Of a stretch of DNA of 64,000 nt, positions 1 to 11,900 are shown piece after piece. The DNA comes from Epiperipatus broadwayi (lineage: Eukaryota > Animalia > Onychophora), in the NCBI GenBank assembly GCA_028023455.1, contig JAQFVV010000009.1:12524001-12588000 (forward strand), given 5' to 3'. The number at the start of each line of letters is the position of its first letter. Within the stretch, counting starts at the first letter, position 1. Both the position numbers and the translations under genes were made by a program. Below the pieces are notes generated by a model. It saw only the letters and a program-made list of their open reading frames with translations, made no database searches and had not been told where the DNA came from.

Positions 1-1130
1 GACAACAAAAAAATATGAACATAATAAATCATATTCACCACTGATGAGAAAGGTGTCTTGAGCCTAAGGCTTACCTTTACCTTATTTATCACCTAAATAC
101 AAAAAAAAGTTCACCAATTTTTTTTTACAATCTATATTCTTTAATAACAAATTACTGTCATTAACAAATATGTTCTAGCAATCTATTTTCTGGCTGTTAA
201 TAATCATCTGCAACCTTTAGAAATAATTCTGAACAATTTTTAGAAACAACTATTATCTAATAATGTTATTTCAAAAATATTTTTTAAAAGCTAATAATGC
301 TCTTTTAGTGAGATTATTTATTTAGTTTATAGTAAAAAAAAAATTTAATTATCCTTTATTCAAATATTCATACAATCAATTGCACAAAGTGAAATGCATA
401 TTCAGTAGAGAAAGTATTTTCATGTAATTGGTGAATAGTAGCTTATATGTGGGCCTGCCAAGACAAAATAATGACTCACTGTGAAAACGATAGTAACATT
501 TTATAATTATACTGCCAAATATACCATATCCTCTGACTTAGGTGGTACTAGACCTCAGTAGTAGCCATTACAAAGATTAATAGAGTGAATATATTTTATT
601 ATCCTATTAAAAATGAAGGTGTTTAATAACATCACTATTGATCATCTAATCTTTTCTATCAGACTATACCAATGATATGTACCTGGTTGTTGATGATTTC
701 CTAAAATCACTGTTACCAAACCAATCCAACTACTATCACAATCTGATGCATGTAAGTTGTAGAGGAAGCATAGAATAACCTATAATATGCTTTTTAAACA
801 TGTTCAATTCTGATATTTACAAAATCTCTATATATGTTTGGTTTTAGAACATGCTTCAGCAATAGTGAATGCTTTATTGTCTTACTCCTAAATTGAAATA
901 AATTTTTTATATCTTTTGCAGCCCCCACTCCTCCTTTTTTTTGCAACTCTTATATAATTTGTATCCATCTTCACTTATTTCTGTTTTATCTATTGGCTTA
1001 CTCTTACTGATTTGTATGACACTATATCATTGTTTGCTTCCGAGTGAAATAATTTTTATATCACTCATTTACTTCAAAAATATTAATGCCTACAATTTTT
1101 TTCTCTCAATTTCTCTATTTCAGTTTTGGT

Positions 1131-4100
1131 CTTCATTATTGTTTCTTCATTATCATCATGAACCATTATCAATCCACTGCAAGATGAAAGTCTCTCCAAG
1201 TTCAATCCATCTTCTTTGATATTTAGCTTCTCTTCTCCACATCACCCCTACACACTTTCTTATTTTATCCATCCATCTCACATGTTGTCTTTTTCTGGGT
1301 CTTTTACAATCTATTGGAATCCAGTTTAAGATTTCAATTGTCCATCTATTATTATCTCTTCTAGCAATATGTCCAGCCCAACTCCACTTTCAGTCTTTTA
1401 ATTTTTTCAATGAGGTCAGTAACACCTGTTTGTTCTCTTACCTATATATTGTGTTTTCAATCTCTTCTTGTAACTCCCAACATGCATCTCTTCATACTTC
1501 TTTGAGTGGTCTGAAGTCTCTGTATTGCTCTTCTATTAAGTGTCCAAGTATCAGATCCATAAGTAAGAACTGGTAAAACACATTTATTAAAAACCTTCCT
1601 TTTCAAACACATAGGCATATTTCCTTTTAGTATCAAGTTATTTCTACCAAAAGCACTCCAACCAAGTTTAATTCTATGATTAATTTCATCCATTATGTTT
1701 TCATCTGTATTAATAATATGACCAAGGTATTTGTAACTGTTAACTTCTTCTAACTCATCATAATCAATCTTTATTTTCATATTTTGAGAAAATCCATTAA
1801 ACATTACTTTAGTCTTTTTAACATTTATCTTTAGTCCTGCTTTCCTACTTTCATCTGATAACTCCTGCAACATTTCCTGCAGCTCTAAAGCATTATTTGC
1901 AAAAACAACTACATCATCTGCAAAATCTAAATGACTTAAATAATCTCCATTTACTTTCACTCCTTTAGCTTCCCATTTTAATCCACAAAATATTTCTTGC
2001 AACACTGCTGTAAAATGTTTTGGAGATATAGAACCACCCTGTCTTACACTCTTCTTAATGTTGACTTTCCTAGTATCATTATATAATCTAATTGTTGCTG
2101 TTGCATTTTTATAAATATTCTTTAAAATATGACAATATCCTGGATCTATACCTTGATGATCCAATGCTTTAATCACTGAAGAAATGTTTATAGAATCAAA
2201 TACCTTTTCATAATCTACAAATCCAAAGCATAATGACAACTCATATTTATTTGTCCTTTCTATAACTTCTCTCAATACCTGGATATCATCTACTGTACTA
2301 AAACCACTTTTAAATCCAGCTTGTTCTCTTGGTTGGTGGAAATCCAATGTTCTCTGTAGACGAGTTGTAATTATCTTGGTAAAAATTTTGTATAAAACTG
2401 ATAAAAGGCTGATAGGTCTGTAATTTCTAATATCTTCTTTATCACTTTTTTAAATATTAATATTAATACTGCATTCTTCCAATCATCTGGTACATCTTTA
2501 TCATTTAGACATTTGGTATATAACTTTGCTAAAAAAAAAAATTATTTCTTCACCTGCTTCTTTTAATATATCAATTATAATTCCATTATTACCTGGAGCC
2601 TTTCCTTTCTTCATACATTTAACTGCATGTCTCACTTCTTCATTTAAAATTCTGGGCAATTCAGAAGATGTAATAGATATAGGAGGTACTTGTTCTTTAT
2701 TACTATATAATTCTTGATAAAAGTCTTCTACCCATTTCATGATGTCAACTCTCTTTTTAGTAATAATTCCATCTTTTTTTCTTATTGCAGATATAAATTT
2801 CCTACCAATACCAAAATGTTGTTTTACACTCTTGAGACTTTTATTCTCTTCTACAGCTTTTCTTGCTAGTTCACAATTATACTGTCATATATCATTATAA
2901 ACTCTTTTTGGCACCATTTTACAAAATTCAAGATATTCAGTCCTTTTTAATGCATCATTTTTGTATATCTTCATATTCTTTATAAATTCTCTAGCCTCAG
3001 TAGAAATTTTATTGGTCAATTGCTGCCTTTTTCTATCAGCTATCTTTGTTGCAGTTTTTAAAAATGTATCAGTTATTTTATATTAATTTCATTCAAATCT
3101 GAATCATGTTCAAAATCTACTAATACTTGAAACCGATTTGTAAGTTCTAATTTAAATTCATTAGAATGTTTCTGAAGATTAGAAATATCAACTGTAAATA
3201 TTGTTTTTCTTAACAATTTTTGTCTCTCTAGTTTTGCATTAACATGTATCTTACATCTTACTAATCGATGATCACTTCCTATGTTAAATTTATTAAGAAC
3301 TTTACAATCTTTTCTGTTAGTCAAAATATAATCCAATTCTGTTTCATTTGGATGCTTCCATGTCCATTTCCTTTTAACATTTTTCTCAAAAAAAGAATTC
3401 ATAATATAAAGTTTTTCTTTTTCTGCAAACTCCACAAGTCTATGTCCTCTCTCATTTCTATTACCATAACCAAAATTACCTACAGCACTTTCATCTTTCA
3501 TTTGTTTACCAATTCTAGCATTAAAGTCTTCCATAACAATTTTGAAATGTTGTTTACTCTGATCAAAAGCCTTTTTTACATCCATATAAAAATCTTCTAC
3601 TACTTCATCACAATGAGAACTTGTTGGGACATAAACCTAAATTATCTGCATTTGGCATCTGCTATTGAGTTGTATAACTAATCTTGCCACTCTGTCTGAC
3701 TCACCATCGATCTTCACAATGTTGTTCTTCCACTTTTTATTTATAATGAATCCTACTCCACTTGTATTTCCAATATTTGTACCTTTATAATAGAGTACAT
3801 GTCCACTTTTTAAATCAATTGTCTCTTCACCTTTTCTTCTAACTTCACAAGTCCAATAATGTCCCATTTAGTATAAGACAGTTCTTCTAATTTTTGCAAT
3901 CTTCCTTTACTTGAAAGTGATCTGCAGTTGTAAGTACCTAAATAAAAAGTCATCATCAAATGGCAGCCTGGGTCTGCTCAGGGGATTCTTAGCACCTGCC
4001 ATCTTCAGCCACCAACCGCTGCCTTGGTTGGTGACTTTACAGCCTCCTGAGATTAAAGGACATGATTTATTTTTGTCTGTCATAATTGTATATATTGGGA

Positions 4101-4330
4101 AAATATTTATCATTGACACAAACATTCATTCTGCCTTATCAGGAAACTGAGAAGACAGACCATGGTATTTCTTGATCTTAAACTCAGAAGTAAAAAGCCA
4201 ATAAACTCACCACACTGGCTAATGCATGTTGGTGAGCAGCCCATCCATGTTCGTATACTATATGAATAATCACATAGTAATAACAGCTGCAATGACAAGA
4301 ATGTATGGAGTGGACATTAGGAATTTGCCC
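1131..4330 (-). mobile_element. Near full-length, frameshifted RTE-clade LINE (APE endonuclease + RT)
   Basis: APE motifs (LGTYNCRSL, WDIIGL/CEVRRKGE, MEDFNARIG, ELDYILT, GSDHRLV) at 3073-3930. RT motifs (FVDYEKVFDS, VRQGGSISP, LDFADDVV, YKYLG, VLPVLTYGSDTW) in ORF 1457..2347. The 3' end has the RTE-typical (ATG/AAT)-like tail near 1131-1165. The 5' boundary is approximate. Confidence 0.93.
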
Positions 4331-7300
4331 TGCTTGGTTCCTTTAAGGCCTCCAAGAGAAATCAAAGGGTCTTCTTTCAGTTAATAGCAAATTCATTTCT
4401 CCGGCCTATTGTTTCTTATAAGTAACTATTTCTTCTTCCAAATTATCCTTCTTTTTAATTCTTTCATGCATATTTCTTATGTGTTTCCATTTCAGATTCT
4501 ATTAACTTATCTTTTATAGGATCTATCTTAAAAAAAGATCCATGCATTTCTGGACTGCTAAATTTTACTAATTTGAAAAAAGTTATTTTTTAGTTCTCTC
4601 AATTTTCCATGATACTGTGGTCTTTCATTATTATTTACAACTAATTAATTGTTCAATTAATTAATTTGATGTTGTGCATCTTTCTCTCAGCCAATAAATG
4701 CAAATATTAAGTAAATTAGTGGTCATTAAATGGAAACTATAATTTTTGAATTCTAATAATTCTATAATTGTCATTAGTCTGAGAACTCAACCAAACAATT
4801 ATATTACAATTTTATATTTACTGTTACTATTTTAATTTATTTACTATTGAAAACAACTTTTTTCTCCATATTATTAAATATTTTCTAAATGAATACAACC
4901 TATTTAGAGTTCAAAATGATTTTTTTACTCGAAATATATATCATATTCTCACTATATATAAGAGCATACTACCCTCAACATTAGTGAAGAAATAGCTATT
5001 TATAATCATATTTTTTTGCTTAAAAACACTAATACTTCCTTAACCAACCAAGTTAATTCTAGAATCTTTACCTTCCAACTAATAATAAGTCAATACCTAT
5101 TTACTAGTCCTGATTAGGGATCTCATGGTGTATTGGCAGCACATCTATTTGTCATGCTGACAAACTGAGGGTTGAATACATTCTAGGTAAAGCCTGAAAA
5201 TACTTTAGGTTCCAATCAGGTATATATTTTTCTTTCAACCCTGTTAACTAACTAATATTGTTCAATAAACTGATATTTAGTTTTCTATGGAAAGTTATTC
5301 AAACCTTTACCCTATAGCAAATAATAAATCTAGTCAATAAAGCATTCTCTTTTAATTGGTCCTCTATAGGGAACTGTCAAAGAGTATTTGCTCTACAGAA
5401 GACTAAATGACTAAAAAAGATCTGTCTAACTAAAAAAAAAAGCTAAGCCTACTTGTGGCCTCTAAAAAGTTTCTCAGATTCCCTTTGCCTTAACTCAAAA
5501 CCTAAGTCATGGGCAAATGAGATGGATGTTTTACACATTATTCACTACAGAGGACTTTACAGTAATTTGAAACAATTATTTTAAAAAAAGAAATAAAATA
5601 TATTCTATTTACACTGCATTGTTACTAAGAATTAGTAAAATTATCATGCTTTTTATAAAAACATTTATATTTATTTCATTTTCTTATTGCTAGATTGTAA
5701 ATATTTGTATGCATAATGAAAGTCTTGCAATAGGAAATACATTCATTTTTTAAAAAATATCATTGAACAGCTCAAATCATGAAATATTTTTTATCTTTTA
5801 ACAGCTTTGATATATTTGATGAACCAGAATAACATTTCCATTTGCTCTGTTTATTTCATGCCATGAATTTATTTGATATTTTTATATCTCCTGAGAATTT
5901 CTGTTTTTTTCCTCAAACATTTATTCTATTTTTTTTTCTATGAAAACCAATTAATCTTTCAATTTTCTTTTTTTTTTCTCATTGATACTGAAATTAACTA
6001 AGCATACATTTTTTTCATTTCCTTCACACTGTATTCAAGCCATTAATATTCTCATGAAATAATCTCTTGTTCCTTTTTTACATCCATTTAATCACTACCA
6101 AATATGATATGACATCTCCATCATTGTTATTTTCTTACTATATAGCAAAAGTAAATTTCTTTGTTACAATAGCAAACTGATGCAATAAGTTAAATCTCAA
6201 CTCTCAGAACTTGTGTTTTTATTATAAAGTATTCATAGATCCAATGCCTTATATGGTATTAATATAATTGTAGAGGTGTGAATTCAATTTCTGAACCAAT
6301 GCATAGCTAAGAAAAGTATATAAAAAATCCTGTGAACAAGCACCACATGTACGTTCCTGAGTAACTAACTATGATTATAATAAAAATATATACATAGGTC
6401 CTGGTTGCATTTGAAAAATGAATCATATAATAATAAAGCTATCTTGATTGAAAACTAAAAGGAATTAACAAAATACAAAGATAATAGTGAGAATAAGTAA
6501 AGCATAAAAATACTTGAGTTTATGCAAAAGCTCAAAAAAATTCTCAAAATTGAACTTTTGCAGAAGAAATGTGAAAATTAAAAAGCATTCGAAAATAAGA
6601 GTTTATAATTATTAAAATTTATTTATGATAAAAATGTTCATAAAAGTGTATAAATCTAAATTAAAGATTCATATAATAAATTGTATTAATAAAGTGGCAA
6701 ACAATGGAAAACTATTATCAAAGTTATTATCTGCATGAATTAGTGATATGTAGAGTAAGAAATTCAATAAGCTAAATCTATGGACTAAAGCTCAGTTGTG
6801 TCAGTTTTGATATTTTAAAATCAAATGACTTCCTGGATAGGAAACCATTCTATTTTTTACCCTGCAAAGTATAATGCAATAGTAGAGTGATGAATTTAAG
6901 AGTTAAAAGCCTCTAGATAAAAGCTTTATTTAAAACTTTTAATGTGATTGAACACCACCCTCTAAACAATAAACTATACTATTCTTATTACCAATGATAT
7001 ATATGTGTTCTTATTTAATTGTAGTATTCTATTATCTAATTAACATCACTTGTCTTCAGGTATAGAATTTAACAGATATACATGCTTCTCTCTCTCAATT
7101 TCCTCAGTAATACTAACAATTGGTTGGAGATTATTCTTGAATATTTGTATAAATCTTTGAAAACTACTTTCAATTTAATCACTGTATATTGTTAAAATAT
7201 CAATTATATCTATTCTATCTCTAATTTTCTGCTTATCACTTCTGCTATGTGAATTCATTCTGACATGTAATCAATACAGTGGAGCTGCAAACTACACTAT

Positions 7301-7351
7301 ATTTTGTTTTAAACACCCCTTGTTCAAAGAAAATAACATATAATAGCTCAC

Positions 7352-7429
7352 CTTTTGATAATAAACAGTGATTACAATAGTTATTGAGACGCAAGTGTAG
7401 AGAAGTGTGTAGTACTTTTCAAAACACAT
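7352..7429 (-). CDS. Candidate first coding exon, MCFEKYYTLLYTCVSITIVITVYYQK (signal-anchor-like)
   Basis: ATG with an upstream in-frame stop, 26 open codons, hydrophobic core and a strong donor AAG|GTGAGC. No homology recognised. Confidence 0.25.
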
Positions 7430-7820
7430 GCATATATGTAAGACAGACACTTTTCATATGTATATATTGTATCCATAATGGAAAAATAGAATTAGCTCAA
7501 ATAAATGATGCTCTGGCTAAAATACTTGTAATCTTAATATAATAAATAACAAAGATATCTTATGATAAATATCTACCATTCAACTAGCTCTAACTAATTA
7601 ATAAATAATATATGGTTCGATTCACAAAAATTAAATCAATAAAATACTAATAAAATCATGAGACAATTTAGTGAAGGTAAAACAGTAGGATTACATTAAG
7701 CCTATATCCCACACGATACAATCTCAATGGCATAAGAACACTATCCCCCCCCCCTTTTACTTCAAATAATAATTTAAAGTTGTAATTATAAATTTATTTA
7801 AACGCACATTGATTACGTAA

Positions 7821-7976
7821 GAAATATTTACTAAGACTTTAACCTCAGGAATATGTGTATAAAAATGTGATATTAGGGACCTCTACAGGTCTTAACCACA
7901 AGCTTTTGCCTTGGAGGTCCCTAATATCGCATTTTTACACGCATATTCCTGAGGTTAAAGCCTTAGTAAATATTTC
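7821..7976. repeat. Long palindrome/foldback MITE-like element HP1
   Basis: 63-bp arms (7821-7883 and 7914-7976) with 4 mismatches and a 30-nt loop. Confidence 0.9.
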
Positions 7977-8212
7977 AAATAATAATATAAAACATAGCAT
8001 TCTTAAGAGTTTAAAAATAATAAATAATTTAGTATAATATTACTAAAATAAATTCTGATCTCTTACTAAAATATAATTATAATTGTCTCAGGTTCTTGAA
8101 AACAAATCTAATTAATTTATAATCTCCTGTAATCAAGTATGATAAGAGATTTTTTATCATTCCTAACAACATGTAAACAATAATAATAACAATAATAAAT
8201 AATATTTCTACT

Positions 8213-8438
8213 TCTAATTAAATAACTATTAATCCTATCTATTATTTAACACTATGACAACTAACAATAATAATAATATTAATAATATAATTCTTTTATT
8301 TCTCATATGGCATCTTAAAATATGATCTAATTAAATAACTATTAATCCTATCTATTATTTAACACTATGACAACTAACAATAATAATAATATTAATAATA
8401 TAATTCTTTTATTTCTCATATGGCATCTTAAAATATGA
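8213..8438. repeat. Perfect 113-bp tandem duplication
   Basis: 8213-8325 and 8326-8438 read as identical. Confidence 0.9.
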
Positions 8439-8858
8439 TATAATCTGAAAATATGTGGCAATAAGAATATTAAATTTTATGCATTAAATTATGTGATCAA
8501 TTATGACTATAATAATATTATTGTAAAAAAAATTTACTTAAATATCATATTCTGAATAATAATTATTTATTAAAATGAATAATTTTATTTATACTGTGCA
8601 AATATAGTACTGTATATATTTATTTTGGATTCTGTTAATCATGTATTTATATGAATAAATCAATCAATGTAACACAGAGATTTATAAAAAAACAAGTTTA
8701 ACAAATTTATTCCACTTTACATTAAACAAAACTATTTACAATACTTACAAGGTTTTACTAAATAAAAATCTAACAAAAATAAAATGACTTAAACTAAAAG
8801 AAAGATTGAATTACATATTTCTATGTAAATAGTAATTTAAAGTGAGAATTCTACTCAC

Positions 8859-8934
8859 GCTCTCCTCAACGGTTCTTCAGATTTGCTCATATAAAAGAAT
8901 TTGAGTTGTAGGAATGAGAGGATCCTTTTTATTC
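8859..8934 (-). CDS. Candidate 76-nt internal exon (one open frame: IKRILSFLQLKFFYMSKSEEPLRR)
   Basis: Acceptor tatttttgcag| and donor GC|GTGAGTAG. One frame is open (phase 1 to 2), and local CpGs are retained. Confidence 0.4.
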
Positions 8935-11900
8935 CTGCAAAAATACTATATCTTGGATTGTAGAGGAAAGTATTCGTTTATTTAGCACCCTCAAAAGGCG
9001 TGTGCTCAATTAGCTTGAAAGGCTGATATTTGAACGTAATATTTCTATTATATAAAATCAGAAAGTCAATAAGCCTTTACTTTGGTTTATGCATTATTTA
9101 TCATACATGTTATAAAATAATACATTAGCCTAGACATACACTTTACAGTCTAATGAAATCATTTACTGTTTAAATGAATAAACAATATGGTTTTAGTAAA
9201 CGTAAAGAAAAATAATAATACTTAGAATAATATTTATTAAAAATATATTTTAAGGTTCATTCAATAAATGAAATCTAAATTTAACAAAACAGTGTTGATG
9301 TTATACTAGATAATTTTGTTTGGCACCACTCTCAAAATTTTTATATGTGTTTCATGTTTTTCAAAAATATATATATATAAATGTTCATAAAATATAAGCA
9401 TTCATCACACTTTGCATTATTCATTTTAACGTTTCATCTATTAAAATATGCATTGATTTATGGAAAATAAAAAATATATCAAAACTATTAAAAATATCAT
9501 GAATAGTTGTGATTTCTTTTATTCTCAAAAATAATTTGATAAAAATATGAAAAGTAACTATGATTCTTTATTACTTTATTATCAGCATTTACATTCAATA
9601 TCATTTGTATTTCGTCTTAATCCAAACAAGAAAACCTATCTTACTTTCCTTTGAATAAAACAATACATCGATCCAAAATTATTTATTATTCTTCTTTTAT
9701 GAAAATACTATGCTACACGATGTAATAAATATTGAAATCAAGATAGTGATACGATGCATAGGACATGAAGGAATGACTAGAGTAAAGATTCAATAGTATA
9801 GAATATATTTAATAGTTCACATGGAAACAGTGTGAAATAATAAGTACGACTTTTTTGTCCAATACCTTCAGAAATAATGTCCAAGCTATCTATTCAGCAA
9901 TTATCGGACATTTAAAAATACAAAATATCAAACCCTGTTCACAGAAAATACATACAAGATACAGGGCTATGTTAATTGTGCTTGCATAAAACTACTAAGA
10001 TAAAATATAGGCTATTTCCCTATCTTCATCCTATATATAAGACATCCAGGGTTTCATTATTTCTACTTCCCCATCACTATCATTTAAATTTCAAAATAAA
10101 TCTAAACAATCCACATCGTAAAATAATTAGCAATATTCCTAATAACAAAGTTAACATATAATATTATCAATCCAGAACTACTATAAGAAAAGGTTTTATG
10201 CACTTAAAAACTTAGCAACAAAAATACAAATGACTTTGATTTTAAAAACATTGAAGTCAATATTCAAATATTTAAAATAATGTATAGTTTATTTAGTAAA
10301 GAACCATGTAAAATTATGAGCATCAGAAAATTATATCAAACTTTGTAATGTAAGAAAGAAAAAAATGTATGCATATCACTTTTTTTACACATAGCTTATA
10401 TCTCGTAATAATAATAAAATCTATGTGTTATTATCACACACATACTTATATTCACACATTCATATGACAAAAGAAATGTCTCTAAAAATCCAAGCAATTC
10501 TAAAAAAAAAAAATTTAAAATATATCACATAATAATTAAACAATTTTAAGATTACCTAGTGACTTTACGATTTGTAAATCACTATTTTGATGTCTTCAGG
10601 CCCAATTCAGAATATAAAAATATATTAATCAAAATTATCATTCATCCAACGCACCAACTATTATACTTTAAAATGTTTTAAAAATTCTTCAAAGAAAATA
10701 TATTAAAAGATTTTTTAAAATTATTAATATTGTTAGAATAATAAAATTATTTAAAATATAACCTTTGCTATCCTATACAATAAATTCTAATACTAAAGTT
10801 AGTATATTTAAAATAATTAAGACTAAAGTTATGTAATCCAATTTATGACTGTCCTTCAATAAAGTTCAATTAACTGTTCTTCAGTACAGTTTAATGCTTC
10901 AAATGGGAACCTCCATGGTTGCTATGCAATGAGAATTGTCTGAAGTTTTCTTGCACAGAGTTCTCCCCTCCTCGTAGTGCAAATAACAATAGGAAAAAAA
11001 CATAATACTAAGAATAGTCAATTTTTAAATCACAAAAAATCTAAAAAATTATTGTTCATCCTGTTCTTGAAGGTTTTAAAAACAGTCTTTTATTTGTTGC
11101 TTTCACTGTATAACATTTATTAATGTCATTTTAAAATAATTTTCCACATCAGCAGAAATAAACATTTTTTCATTCTTTTTTAAAAAATATTATTTTATAC
11201 TCAGATATGTAGTAATGGATAAATTCATATTCGAATATTTCAAAGGTTATTTACTTAGTCATGATAATATTTATTTCTATTATCCATTCTCTTCTTTTAC
11301 CGTATAGTAAAGAAAAACAAGCTTTTTTTATATCAAAATATTCATGTATTTTAAAAAATAACTTGATAAAGCAGTTTATACTCATAATGACATTTGTCTT
11401 TTAATTTCCTTCATTTTCCGAAAGTTTATAATTACTTTTAAGTAAATATTTTTTTAAAAACTGCTGCAATTTTTAAAAAAATATTCAGACAATAGTGTAA
11501 ATAAAAGAACAATATGTTTATACTATAACTTACTCTTGAATACTTTTATAAATTTTTACAAAAAATTAAGTTTGTCTTTTCCAGGTATTTTTTCTCTTAT
11601 TTGAATAATATCTTTTAAAAGTTCTTGAAATTTTACACACAAATATGTTAAATATCTGAGTTATATTTCTAGATAATATCCACTTTAAATTCCAAAGTAC
11701 TTTACACAAACAATTATAATAGTTTTTAGATAGTACAGGAAAATTTTTATTTTCCTCATTTATTCGTATCTTCACCATTAACATTCCTACGCACCTTATC
11801 TCAGGTTTATGTTCCATTAGTTATAATGAACTTGAATTAAGTCTTGAATAGAAATACTAGTAGGAAACTAATTGGGTTTAGGGAAACATTCTTAGTCTAA

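Noticed and set aside
41-75. CTGATGA hammerhead-like core
   Set aside because: No stem II followed by GAAA and no cleavage triplet.
941-3681. Plus-strand ORFs 941..1219, 2526..2717 and 3268..3681 (also minus-strand 17352..17809)
   Set aside because: They are antisense shadows of RTE coding sequence.
3990-4010. CTGAAGA core on the minus strand in the RTE 5' region
   Set aside because: No downstream GAAA or hammerhead fold.
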